Positions 28,897 to 39,016 of a DNA stretch of 64,000 nucleotides are shown one piece after another. The notes beneath the pieces were generated by a model that ran no database searches, was not told the origin of the DNA, and saw nothing but the letters and a program-made list of their open reading frames with translations. How positions within the stretch are numbered: the first letter of the stretch is position 1; each line of letters opens with the position of its first letter. The DNA comes from a virus (taxonomy: Duplodnaviria; Caudoviricetes). The position numbers and the translations under genes were made by a program. Where the stretch lies: the IMG/VR virus record IMGVR_UViG_3300046710_000261, positions 91,949-155,948 of that record; one strand, 5' to 3'.

Positions 28897-29324
28897 TTAT
28901 TTTATTATTATAGGACCTATTGGTCCTGACGGTCTCCACCGTATTTTCCATGCTCCATTTACTCCTGTTATTAATTTCGCACAACCAGCATCTGTTGATT
29001 GGCACCAATCAGATGGGTCAACCCCTGCTTTTGCTGCCCTCACCTCTACAGTAAATACTCCACTCATCGGTTTTGCTATGGTTATGCCTGTTGTGGTTAT
29101 TTGATATTTCCAGATTTGTCCCGAAATGTCTCTTATAAGCCAAACATCATAATAATCTACTGTTGATGTTTCATCCCAATTAATTGTTACAGTATTCTTT
29201 GTTAAGGTATATGCTCCATCTTCAAATTTGGGGTCTTGACCATTTGAAGAAGATGTAAAAAAGAGCATCATGAGAAGGAAAAAAGGGATGATGTAATTTT
29301 TAAGATTGAAAATTCTCTTTCTCA
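28897..29324 (-). CDS. Signal-peptide-bearing FN3-like protein
   Basis: Hydrophobic N-terminus; INW...YDV...VEVRA. Confidence 0.5.
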
Positions 29325-29527
29325 TGTATCTATTTATGTTCGTTCCTTGCTTTTGTAAACTACTGATATTAAAATATTTTTTTGATTGTAGCATTTTGTG
29401 TTCTCCTTTATATAGGATTTTCTGCTTATATTATAACACAAATTGAACGAATTGTAAATATAAAATGGTGTCCTTGAAGAAAGAATTTTACCTATACAAT
29501 TGCTTCCGAATATGGTATAATAATAAT

Positions 29528-32182
29528 ATGTTTCGGAATATATTTTATAATTCAAGAAATAGTCAAATACATTTATGGGAACAATTTTCTGGAAAGGATG
29601 AGTATACATGTATAGATTGGACGCCATATGTGTTTGTGCCCTCTGTCGATGGAGAAATCAGGAGCATCGAAGGCCAGTCTGTTCAGAAAAAAATTTTCAA
29701 ATCTTACACAGAATATTATGAATATCTGAAAAAGAATAGTGATGATGAAAATGTTTTTGAAAATAATGTAAAACCAGAAATTCAATTTCTTGCTGAAAGA
29801 TATAGTGGAATTGCTGACGATAAGATGGAAGTTCCCAAACTTACCGTTTATTTTTTGGATATAGAAAACTATAGCGAGACGGGATTTTCTAAACCTTCAG
29901 AAGCAAATGCTCCTATAGTTTCTATTTCTGTTCATAATGCATTGAAAAACAGGACAACCGTTTTTGGTTTGAAGGAATATAATGGTAAATGGAAAGGCCA
30001 GGAATTTTTGAATTATATTCATGCTAGAGACGAAAAGACACTTTTGAGAATGTTTTTTATTTTCATGAATAGGTATCCTTGTGATGTAATTTCAGGTTGG
30101 AATGTTCTCGGTTATGATATTTTATATCTGATAAATAGGACGAAAAAATTCTTTGGGGATGACACAAATATATATAAGGCAATGTCTCCTATCAATACTG
30201 TTAGGATATGGGAAGAGGAAAAAGGTCCTGCGAAATTGGATATAGCGGGTGTTACCGTATTAGATTATATGGATTTGTATAAACGATATTCTCCGAAGAA
30301 ACTGGAAAGATATTCTCTTGATTTTGTAAGTAAACATGAATTAGAAAAAGGTAAAGTTGATTATTCGGAATATAAAGATTTGAATGAATTTTACAATAAA
30401 AATCATGATTTGTTCATCGAATATAATGTAATGGATACAATCAGGCCGAAACAACTGGAAGAAAAACTTGGCTATATAAAACTGGTTCAATCATTATCTT
30501 TGTTGTGCAAAGTACCGATGAAATTTTATGTGGCGCAGACCCAATTGATTGAAGGTCTTTTTATTGCATATTTCAGAAGAAATGGTTTGTGCGCACCGCA
30601 CTTTTCTGGCGGAAAACAGGAGACATTTGAAGCGGCTTATGTCAAAGAACCGCAAAGTGGAATGTATGATTGGATTTGTGATTTTGATATTACATCATCT
30701 TATCCAACCCATATTATAGCACTCAATATGTCAAAGGAAACTTATTTTGGGCGCATTACAGGGATACCAGAAGACAAGATTATTTTTTATGTGGTGAGCA
30801 GAAATTTTCCATCATTTACCATAACCAAATTGAACGGTGAGCAGGATATATTTGAAGGACAAAAACTATCTACCTTCAATGCTCTTTTAGAAAGACGGGC
30901 ATTGGCTGTTGCCCCAAATGGTTCTGTATTCAGAACCAAACCAGAGGGTGTTCTCGCAAAATTGGAAAGAAGCATTTTCGATATAAGAAAAGACACAAAG
31001 AAGAGAATGATAAAAGTAAAACAGTCTCTTCCAGAATTGCGTGATGTAAATCTCAATAACGCGAAGGAAAGAATAGAGCAATTAAACTCAATTCAAAATT
31101 CTTTGAAAATTGTAATGAATGCTCAATTTGGAATTACAGCAGTTCCATATTCGAGATACTTTAACGTCAACCTATCGGAAGCGATTGCTTCTTGTGGTAG
31201 AATTACTGTTCGATATGGAGAAAAATTTATCAATGAATTTTTCCAGCAAGGGATATATGCAAAAAATAAGGAAATGAAAGATGTTCTTGGGCAGATGGGC
31301 ATAACAGAATATCCTGAAATAAAAAATGATATGGTGGCTTATGGAGATACGGATTCACTGTATGTCAAAATGGGTTATTTTATGGATGTTGTTGGCGGAA
31401 AAATTTGGCAAGAATTGGATGAAAAAAAGAAAATTCATTATTTGATTAGAGTATCCCGTATTGTTTATGAATATATAAATGATAGAGAATATAAGGAAAT
31501 ACAGCGGGGATTTTATAATTCAGCAGTTACGGATTTCAAGATAACATTCAAACAGGAAATGGTTGCCAAGACAGCATTATTTGTAAAGAAGAAAAAATAT
31601 TCCATGTGGATTGTTGATGAAGAAGGTGCTACTGTAGATGAAATAAAAACAAAAGGATTGGAAATTATTCGTTCAGAAACACCAGAAGCCATTCGCCCTA
31701 AACTCAAAGAAATAATGGAAATGATTTTGAAAAGAAAATCAGATAATGAGATAACAGAAAAGATAAATACATATAAAGCCGAGTTGATGAATTGTATTCC
31801 CGAAGAAATCTCAATGAATATTGGGATAAGAGGAATGAGTGATTATATCAAAGGAAATGTGGTTTTAAAAGGTGCCCCATGGCATGTAAAAGGTGTTCAT
31901 GCTTATCGGTACTTATTGAAACATCTCAAGCTGACAGATAAATATGAAGAGTTAGTTGATGGTAATAAGACAAAGGTAGTTTATTTGAAACCTAATGTTT
32001 TTGGATTTGAAGAAGTTTCTTTTTTACGTTGGCCGAAAGAATTTGACAGAATTATTCAAATAGATTATAATAAGCAAATAGAAAACAATTTTACTGAAAA
32101 GATAAAAATGCTTCTTGCTCCAATGAATAAAACAAATTTATTGAATGATTCGGGATATAGGTTAAGTCTCTTCTTTAAATAA
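29528..32182 (+). CDS. gp43: Family B DNA polymerase (T4 gp43-like)
   Basis: ExoI DIE, GWN..YD, DITSSYP, KIVMNAQFG, YGDTDS, KKKY. Confidence 0.96.
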   Translation: MFRNIFYNSRNSQIHLWEQFSGKDEYTCIDWTPYVFVPSVDGEIRSIEGQSVQKKIFKSYTEYYEYLKKNSDDENVFENNVKPEIQFLAERYSGIADDKMEVPKLTVYFLDIENYSETGFSKPSEANAPIVSISVHNALKNRTTVFGLKEYNGKWKGQEFLNYIHARDEKTLLRMFFIFMNRYPCDVISGWNVLGYDILYLINRTKKFFGDDTNIYKAMSPINTVRIWEEEKGPAKLDIAGVTVLDYMDLYKRYSPKKLERYSLDFVSKHELEKGKVDYSEYKDLNEFYNKNHDLFIEYNVMDTIRPKQLEEKLGYIKLVQSLSLLCKVPMKFYVAQTQLIEGLFIAYFRRNGLCAPHFSGGKQETFEAAYVKEPQSGMYDWICDFDITSSYPTHIIALNMSKETYFGRITGIPEDKIIFYVVSRNFPSFTITKLNGEQDIFEGQKLSTFNALLERRALAVAPNGSVFRTKPEGVLAKLERSIFDIRKDTKKRMIKVKQSLPELRDVNLNNAKERIEQLNSIQNSLKIVMNAQFGITAVPYSRYFNVNLSEAIASCGRITVRYGEKFINEFFQQGIYAKNKEMKDVLGQMGITEYPEIKNDMVAYGDTDSLYVKMGYFMDVVGGKIWQELDEKKKIHYLIRVSRIVYEYINDREYKEIQRGFYNSAVTDFKITFKQEMVAKTALFVKKKKYSMWIVDEEGATVDEIKTKGLEIIRSETPEAIRPKLKEIMEMILKRKSDNEITEKINTYKAELMNCIPEEISMNIGIRGMSDYIKGNVVLKGAPWHVKGVHAYRYLLKHLKLTDKYEELVDGNKTKVVYLKPNVFGFEEVSFLRWPKEFDRIIQIDYNKQIENNFTEKIKMLLAPMNKTNLLNDSGYRLSLFFK

Positions 32183-32469
32183 AGGAAAGGAGTTTTTAGA
32201 TGTTAAGCCGAAGAGAAATTACAGAAATACAAGAAGAACAACTTAAGATGTGTCATAGATGTATATTTTGGGATGCGATTAAAGGTTGTCCTGATGTATT
32301 TGTTGCGGGACAAGTCAAAATAACATCATGCCAAACATATAATCCCAAACCAGAAGGAGAGGGGAAATTGAAATGCAGGCATCATCCACGATATGGCGGA
32401 AAAATTAAACCAAAAGTCAGTTGTGATGTTTGCTGGAAAATATATCTTGATAGAAATTAGAAAAATTAC

Positions 32470-32543
32470 AGGGGGATCGTTCAACGGCAGGACGGTAGGC
32501 TCTGAACTTACAGATCAAGGTTCGATTCCTTGTCCCCCTGCCA
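32470..32543 (+). tRNA. tRNA-Gln(CTG)
   Basis: Cloverleaf, loop CTCTGAA, encoded CCA. Confidence 0.9.
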
Positions 32544-32549
32544 CGATAA

Positions 32550-32624
32550 GCGGGTATAACCTAGTGGTTAGGTGTCACGTTGCCAATGTGATTTAGGTGG
32601 GTTCGATTCCCATTACCCGCTCCA
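32550..32624 (+). tRNA. tRNA-Gly(GCC)
   Basis: Loop TTGCCAA, CCA. Confidence 0.9.
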
Positions 32625-32917
32625 ATCTTCATTACTTCAAATCATCAGAAGTCCTTAGTATTACAATACAATAATAAATTTTTTGAATCCTTTTGCAGAT
32701 ACTTTCATCTAAATAGATGTATGGAGAAGAGGTGTAAACTATAGGATGTGAAAATCCGAGAGAGGGAATGTAAATGGAGAAAAATTCATTTTTGGAAGAA
32801 CGGAAAAAGAAAATGTGGAGTCGCATACCTTTTATGTTTAATTTCGGAACTATTATTTTTAATGGAGAAGAGTTCCACAGAAGAAAATCAAAGTATACTT
32901 TAAAAGGAGGAAAATTC

Positions 32918-33298
32918 ATGTATATTGTAAAAGACACACAGCCCGATGTAGCATTTCAACTATCTTTCCAGGTATTGGATGCTGAAGGAAGCCCTGTTAT
33001 TGATCCAGCAGTTTTGAGTGCATTGAAAGTTGAGGTCGTTTCAGATAATCCATCATCAGTAGCAGTTATTGCTGACCCTGATGGAAACCCACTGAAAGGA
33101 ACAGTAACATTTGGTTCACCCAACACAGACGGAACGCCATCGAATGCCAATATTAATATAACTGTTTCCGAAACAGATGGAACAGTCATTGGTGTATTTG
33201 GTGCACAGTTCACAGTAACCGCAGGTGATCCTGCTGCTATTGCCAGTGGAACAATCGTATTTGCTGGTCTATCAGAAACATCTACTGCTAAAAAATAA
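32918..33298 (+). CDS. Ig-like/beta-rich putative virion protein
   Basis: AGGAGG RBS; V/T/G/D-rich beta pattern. Confidence 0.5.
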   Translation: MYIVKDTQPDVAFQLSFQVLDAEGSPVIDPAVLSALKVEVVSDNPSSVAVIADPDGNPLKGTVTFGSPNTDGTPSNANINITVSETDGTVIGVFGAQFTVTAGDPAAIASGTIVFAGLSETSTAKK

Positions 33299-33369
33299 AT
33301 TAGCACAGATGTAACAACCCACCAAACCCTCATATTGGAAACAGGATGGGGGTTTTTCTTTTCCATAAA

Positions 33370-33377
33370 TATAAATA
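33370..33377 (+). promoter_or_regulatory. T4-type late promoter
   Basis: TATAAATA upstream of the IPT-repeat gene. Confidence 0.55.
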
Positions 33378-33418
33378 GATATAGAAACGCATCTATTAAT
33401 AATTATGGGAGAAAATAA

Positions 33419-34975
33419 ATGGCATACACAATAAGAAATTTAGCAGACGATATTATTCATAATAATATTAGGAATATACCAGCGGAATGGAGAACAATTG
33501 CTGATGATATTATACATAACAGACTTTGGGAAGTCCCAACTTCTCGTACTTTCAACAGGGATGAGTTTTTGAATGAACTTTTACATAATTATATTTCTGA
33601 AATTTCTCCTGATCCTGTTAATCCACCAGGGCCGACAATTACAAGTTTAGATCCCAACAACATAGAGGTTAATAGTCCTGCCTTTCCTCTTACAGTTAAC
33701 GGCACAAATTTTGTCGATAATTCTGTAGTAAAATGGGGTGGTTCATCAAGGGATACTCTATATGTTGGTTCTACACAACTTATAGCAGAAATTCTTGAAA
33801 CTGATGTTGCCGATCCTGAAACGGTTGCTGTTACTGTATTTACTCCAACTCCTGGCGGCGGAACATCAAATGCGCAAACATTTACGATCAATGAACCAAT
33901 ACCATATATTTTAAGTTTAACACCAAATTCTGCCGAAGTAGGTGATGATGCTTTTACTTTGGAAGTAAGTGGAACATTGTTTGATCAAGATACTGTAGTG
34001 AGATGGGAAGGTTCAGATAGAGATACAACTTTTGTCAGTTATACAAGTTTAACTGCTGAAATAAGTGCTTCTGATATTGCTGATGGTGGAGAATTTGATG
34101 TAACAGTATTCAATCCCTCTCCTAGTGGTGGATTATCAAATCCTGAAGTATTCACGGTAAATAATCCTGTTCCAACACTTATAGGTATGAGTCCATCAAG
34201 CAGGATAGCAGGAAGCGTAGCATTTACTTTGACTATTTCTGGAACAAATTTTGAAAATAATTCAACAGTACAATTGGATGGTTCTGATAGAGATACAACC
34301 TTTGTTAGCGGGGCATCACTAACTGCTGAAATAAGTGCTTCTGACATTACAGATGAAGGAACAGTAAATGTTACTGTATTCAATCCAGCTCCAGGTGGCG
34401 GTGAATCAGATGCTTTGACATTTACAGTAAATAATCCAGCTCCTGCATTATCAAATATAAGTCCTTCAGGTGCTATAGAAGGTGGTATTTCATTTACCTT
34501 AACTGTTTGTGGATCAAACTTTGTTGATGATTCAGTAGTAAAATGGGCATCGGTTTCAAAGACTACAACATATGTTAGTCCCACAGAGTTGACAGCAGCA
34601 ATTCCCGACACTAATATTGCTCTTGCCAATAATTATGCTGTAACAGTGTTTAACTCAAGCCCAGGTGGAGGAACCTCTGGTTCTTTGATATTTGAGGTTG
34701 ATCATCCGCTTCCTGAATTAGATAGTATAACACCATCTACAACGGGAGCAAGTGGATCATCATTTACATTGACAGCCAATGGAACAAATTTTGTCAACAA
34801 TTCTGTTGTAAAGTGGGGTGGTTCGAACAGAACAACAACTTATGTTAGTTCTATTAAACTTACAGCATCAATTCTTGAGGCTGATGTTGCCGATCCTGGA
34901 ACTGTTGCCGTTACTGTATTTACCCCAACTCCAGGTGGTGGAACATCAAATGATCAAACATTTACAATTACTTAA
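33419..34975 (+). CDS. IPT/TIG Ig-like repeat protein (five repeats)
   Basis: Repeats of P.I.S..P......F.LTV.G.NF...SVVKW....T.YVS...LTA.I...D......VTVF.P.PGGG.S. Confidence 0.88.
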   Translation: MAYTIRNLADDIIHNNIRNIPAEWRTIADDIIHNRLWEVPTSRTFNRDEFLNELLHNYISEISPDPVNPPGPTITSLDPNNIEVNSPAFPLTVNGTNFVDNSVVKWGGSSRDTLYVGSTQLIAEILETDVADPETVAVTVFTPTPGGGTSNAQTFTINEPIPYILSLTPNSAEVGDDAFTLEVSGTLFDQDTVVRWEGSDRDTTFVSYTSLTAEISASDIADGGEFDVTVFNPSPSGGLSNPEVFTVNNPVPTLIGMSPSSRIAGSVAFTLTISGTNFENNSTVQLDGSDRDTTFVSGASLTAEISASDITDEGTVNVTVFNPAPGGGESDALTFTVNNPAPALSNISPSGAIEGGISFTLTVCGSNFVDDSVVKWASVSKTTTYVSPTELTAAIPDTNIALANNYAVTVFNSSPGGGTSGSLIFEVDHPLPELDSITPSTTGASGSSFTLTANGTNFVNNSVVKWGGSNRTTTYVSSIKLTASILEADVADPGTVAVTVFTPTPGGGTSNDQTFTIT

Positions 34976-34990
34976 TATAGGAGAAATATT

Positions 34991-35395
34991 ATGCCAGTAA
35001 CGGTTAGTAATTCAGTAAAAAGTGGGGTGCTGGTTTCGTTTACCAACCCCTCTTCAGGCACATATGAAATTCAATATAATATAGTTAGATATTCTGGAAT
35101 GTATCTGTATGTGAATTATACAAAAGGTAGCGAATCGAGTGTTGATTTCTTTTTCAAAGCATCTGATAGTTTATTTGCTGCTTCCGTTCCGCCTTCTGGC
35201 GCATACTATGTTATTAAAACAAATTCTTCAAGTGTAGCAAGTCAATATTTCATTAGGTTGACTTCAACGGGCAAATATGTAATGCCTGTTCCAAGTCCCG
35301 AATCGGCAGATTTTCTTACTGCGGAAATAGTATTTAATGGGCCAGATGATGGAACTATAAATGTGTTTGGAAATTATGACGATAGTTATGCATAA
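34991..35395 (+). CDS. Putative virion structural protein
   Basis: AGGAG RBS; beta-rich. Confidence 0.5.
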   Translation: MPVTVSNSVKSGVLVSFTNPSSGTYEIQYNIVRYSGMYLYVNYTKGSESSVDFFFKASDSLFAASVPPSGAYYVIKTNSSSVASQYFIRLTSTGKYVMPVPSPESADFLTAEIVFNGPDDGTINVFGNYDDSYA

Positions 35396-35810
35396 TAGAG
35401 GAAGATGTGAATGTTTATATGATACCTCTCAAAAGTCTTGATGGGTCGGGAGTTAATCCAACGGAATTGGCATTAATGATCGGAATATTGATTGAAGAAC
35501 CAGAAGACAAAAAAGAATGTTTACATTTATAAATAGATATGGTATAATTGAAAATGGATGAAATAATCATTGACGAAAAAACAAGGAAGATTTTAGAAGA
35601 ACTTACGGGAATAATTATGGAAAGTCGAGCGAGAATACATACAATTTGCACCACCCTCTTGAATTATAATAATTTAGAGGGAGAGTTTTCTCTATCATCC
35701 AATTGTTCTGCACTGATTAGAAAACCGAAAAATACACCAGAACAAACAGCAGATACAGGCAAACAAGAGGGGGAAAAAGGATAAACCAATTTCCCATATA
35801 ATAGATGATG

Positions 35811-35848
35811 AAAAACCCCTCTTGGAGAAATCAAAGTGGGGTTTTTTG
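35811..35848 (+). terminator. Intrinsic terminator
   Basis: AAAAACCCC...GGGGTTTTTT. Confidence 0.55.
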
Positions 35849-35927
35849 TTTCACAAGTTTAAAATTGTCTTTATTTGAGTACCATGGGTAAGGGAAAGCA
35901 GTAATAAGAAGGTAAGTTATTGATTTT

Positions 35928-35984
35928 ATTATGAAAGATTTTTCTTGACATGGCTTCAGTTTTTTGATATAATAAAGACTGAAA
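35928..35984 (+). promoter_or_regulatory. Sigma70-type promoter heading the ncRNA/tRNA region
   Basis: TTGACA-17-TATAAT; ~55-nt near-identical copy at ~40860. Confidence 0.8.
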
Positions 35985-35989
35985 ATGAG

Positions 35990-36860
35990 TAATTGATCTT
36001 TGACAACTGAATATTAATCTTGGAATTACTGATAGAAAGCGGAAATTATAAAAACCGAGCATGGGGTTTTTTCGCAATGCGATCAGGACAAAGGACGCGG
36101 TGTTTCCAAGATACCCTAAATCCCGCGTCAGCGAATTTATAACGATATATCGGTAATGGACATCCTTTGTGGTTTGATTCCGTCCCTGTGTGGTCTGCCC
36201 ATTATCGGGAATTTTAAGGGTTGTCGCTCGGAATAGATGGCGTGACACAATTGGAGCAATTAAATTCCATCCCTAAAAATAAAATTGTGGGGGGTAGGTG
36301 GGTAGCATTAATAACCATGGATAAATTAATGTGAGAGGCCGATTAGAGCAAAAAGGGTGAGAGATAATCCCTTCCTCCCAGACCATTATGATAAACCGAA
36401 AAGGATAGATACAAATAGAATCAATGTAACTCAGTTTGGTAGAGGGTTCAAGTAATTGAACAGGTCGGGAGTTCAAATCTCCCCGATGGTTCTAAATGTA
36501 GAACAAGAGTGAAATCCCCGAGTAGGTACGAATTTGGGTGTCTCTTCGGAGACTGTTAGACATATTTGTGAATGCATGCTAAAATCTAAATTGTGGTGTA
36601 GCGGTAACATACGGGCATTGCAACCCGTGATGCTCGTTCGATTCGAGCAAATTTAGAGACACAAATATGGAGCAATTCTGTTGGAGGCATTTGCCACCAA
36701 ACAGGATACCCGAAAAATTTAAGAGTAGACAAGCGGAATACGGGTTCGATTCCCGTATGTGAAAATTTGGGATAGATGTTGGTAAGTGGCCACTTACTAA
36801 TAGAACAACGTGAAATCCCCTTAATAAGCATGGATAGGATGGATTCTAAACGCTTGATGT
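35990..36860 (+). ncRNA. Candidate large structured ncRNA (GOLLD/ROOL-like context)
   Basis: No credible + strand ORF; several long-range complementary pairs, cUUCGg tetraloop, two tRNA-like domains. Confidence 0.6.
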
Positions 36861-36864
36861 TTTT

Positions 36865-36939
36865 GCCGATGTAGTTCAACGGAAGAACAACTGTCTTGTA
36901 AGCAGTAAGTTGGGGGTTCGATTCCCTCCATCGGCTCCA
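36865..36939 (+). tRNA. tRNA-Thr(TGT)
   Basis: Loop CTTGTAA, CCA. Confidence 0.9.
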
Positions 36940-36944
36940 AGAGT

Positions 36945-37063
36945 TAGGGGAAAGTAAACAAGGTAGGAAGCGTGGCGGTTTTGCGCAAAACTTAGCTCGG
37001 CATTTCTTACTCTCCCGAAAGAGAGAGCGAACAGGGTTCAATTCCCGTTGCTTCTTTCCCTTA
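36945..37063 (+). ncRNA. Stem-closed small RNA with T-loop
   Basis: TAGGGGAAAG/CTTTCCCTTA closing stem; GGG-TTCAATT-CCC arm. Confidence 0.45.
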
Positions 37064-37073
37064 CAACATTTTT

Positions 37074-37147
37074 TCCGATGTAGTGAAATGGCATCACGAT
37101 TGGCTGTTAACCAATTTTTGGGGGTTCGAGTCCCTCCATCGGAGCCA
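37074..37147 (+). tRNA. tRNA-Asn(GTT)
   Basis: Loop CTGTTAA, CCA. Confidence 0.9.
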
Positions 37148-37155
37148 AAAATTTT

Positions 37156-37239
37156 GGGGAAGTCGGACAGCGTGGTGAGTCCCAGTGGCCGTAACCCACT
37201 TGCGAAAGCATAGAGGTTCGATTCCTCTCTTCCTCACCA
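37156..37239 (+). tRNA. tRNA-Tyr(GTA), C33
   Basis: Loop CCGTAAC, variable arm TGC-GAAA-GCA, CCA. Confidence 0.82.
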
Positions 37240-37326
37240 GATATGAAAAATTTGAGGGTTGCTCAGAATATGAGATGTGCTCAAAGTCCATAGAGAGACA
37301 GACAACTCTCAAATAAAATTGAATTT

Positions 37327-37401
37327 GGGGGCGTGATGAAACTGGGATCATAATGCGCTTGCACCGCATTTTTGAGGGTTCAAATCCCTCCGCCTCCACC
37401 A
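37327..37401 (+). tRNA. tRNA-Ala(TGC)
   Basis: Loop CTTGCAC, G3:U70, CCA. Confidence 0.9.
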
Positions 37402-37438
37402 GAAAGGAAACCGATGTTAAAATTTCTTAAAAGATAAT

Positions 37439-37514
37439 GGTGCTATAGTTTAACCGGAAAAATACTTCCCTGTCACGGAAGAAGATGCGGGTTCGAATCC
37501 CGTTGGCATCGCCA
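37439..37514 (+). tRNA. tRNA-Asp(GTC)
   Basis: Loop CTGTCAC, G73, CCA. Confidence 0.88.
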
Positions 37515-37728
37515 TAAAGAAATAAGATTGATGAGAAAGGGTGTAAAATGAGAAAACCAACAAAAGCAGAATTGATAAGACATATTCATCATATTTGTAC
37601 GATAACAGCAAACCCTAATACTATCAGTGGTGTCAAAGATATGGTAACAGCAATGAGATTGATTGATACTGTTTGGATGGATAGTTTTCGCATTTTGGAA
37701 GAGTGTGGTGAAATAAAGGAAAATAAAG

Positions 37729-38013
37729 ATGATTGATGAAGATAGCATTTATAGTCAATGCCCGAATTGCGCTAAAACATTAGAAGAAATTCATGAACCT
37801 TATGGTTCTTATGGTAAGATTCATGAATCATTAGAAAAGGTTCATTGTCTGAATTGTAAATCTGTTTTTACCAAAGAGTATATTAAAGGATATTGGGAGG
37901 GATACCAAAGACAGCAACAGATAATTGATCAGATGGAAGATGCTTTTAAAAAATCTGCAAATGAATTTATTGCAAAATGCGATAGAGAGATTAGGAAAGC
38001 AATAGAAGGATAA
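37729..38013 (+). CDS. Zinc-ribbon hypothetical protein
   Basis: CPNC...CLNC. Confidence 0.55.
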   Translation: MIDEDSIYSQCPNCAKTLEEIHEPYGSYGKIHESLEKVHCLNCKSVFTKEYIKGYWEGYQRQQQIIDQMEDAFKKSANEFIAKCDREIRKAIEG

Positions 38014-38020
38014 AAAATTT

Positions 38021-38098
38021 CGGGGTGTGCGGGTAAACTGGCAGCCCACTCGGCCTGGGACCGAGTATATGAAGGTTCAATTCCTTTCACCCCGACCA
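38021..38098 (+). tRNA. tRNA-Pro(TGG), C33
   Basis: Loop CCTGGGA, C1-G72, CCA. Confidence 0.85.
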
Positions 38099-38107
38099 AA
38101 AATATTT

Positions 38108-38181
38108 GGCCCCATCTACTAATGGTAGGTAGCAAGACCTTCAATCTTGAAACGCCGGTTCAAATCCGACTGGGGCTACCA
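38108..38181 (+). tRNA. tRNA-Glu(TTC), C33
   Basis: Stem CAAGA/TCTTG, loop CCTTCAA, CCA. Confidence 0.8.
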
Positions 38182-38188
38182 AAAATTT

Positions 38189-38263
38189 GGTCCCATAGCA
38201 CAATTGGGAGTGCAATCGCCTGATGAGCGATGGACTTCAGTTCAAATCTGGATGGGACTACCA
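38189..38263 (+). tRNA. tRNA-Ile(GAT)
   Basis: Loop CTGATGA (G37), CCA. Confidence 0.85.
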
Positions 38264-38266
38264 AAA

Positions 38267-38366
38267 TTTCCATCTTGCGGTATGTCAGTACCGAGTAATA
38301 GAGATAGTATCGGGGCCTAGCTGAACACAGGCTTAACACCGTAGGGTACTCTATCCAAGATGGAAA
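38267..38366 (+). ncRNA. Stem-closed ~100-nt element between tRNAs
   Basis: TTTCCATCTTG/CAAGATGGAAA 11-bp closing stem. Confidence 0.4.
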
Positions 38367-38373
38367 CACCTTT

Positions 38374-38451
38374 GGGATCATAGCAAATGTTGGCATTGCA
38401 ACAGGCTTTTAACCTGTGAATACGTGGGTTCGATTCCCGCTGGTCCCACCA
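38374..38451 (+). tRNA. tRNA-Lys(TTT)
   Basis: Loop CTTTTAA, CCA. Confidence 0.88.
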
Positions 38452-38459
38452 AAAATTTT

Positions 38460-38533
38460 GGAGCATTAGTTTAATGGAAGAATCTTCGGTTCTCAGCCGA
38501 AAAGCATCAGTTCGATTCTGATATGCTCTACCA
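38460..38533 (+). tRNA. tRNA-Glu(CTC)
   Basis: Loop TTCTCAG, CCA. Confidence 0.85.
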
Positions 38534-39016
38534 AAGAGAAAATTATGAAATTAAATTTGAAGGTAAATGATAGGGTTGAAATAAAAAATACAGGAACCGA
38601 TATTGATGGTCATACAGGAAAGAATTTAGGAAAGGCAACCGAAAATATTATTGACTTTTATATAATTCTTCTTGATGAACCAATTCCTAATCATTTGGCT
38701 GTAATATTTCCTGAAGGCTGTTTGGTTCTATTATAGAAAGGAAAATGTATGATAGGTAAAATGGTAGTAGAAACTCCGAAGAAAAAGATGAAGAAGTCAA
38801 AGGATGAAAAAATTCGGGAAGCAATGGAAGCATTACAAAAGGCAATAGATATGGAAGAACCGCATATTCAAATTTCTCTTCCATGGTGTCCTGATGTTGA
38901 ACATGATCCGAAAGGAAAAGAACTTCTTCATGTTCATCTTAAAACCTTTATGAAAGAGTTCAAAGAATATTTCGGCTTGGAAAAAGTTGAAATAAAAATA
39001 CTTATATAAAAGTTTT

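Noticed and set aside
29528-32182. Intein or intron in the DNA polymerase
   Set aside because: Length and motif spacing are normal for gp43; no splice motifs seen
33589-34629. Long antisense ORFs over the IPT gene (similar shadows occur elsewhere, e.g. 3643-4248)
   Set aside because: Shadow frames of real plus-strand genes, with no RBS or motifs
35871-38396. Minus-strand ORFs containing RESNP/GIEP-type peptides
   Set aside because: Typical antisense translations of tRNA genes and the structured RNA
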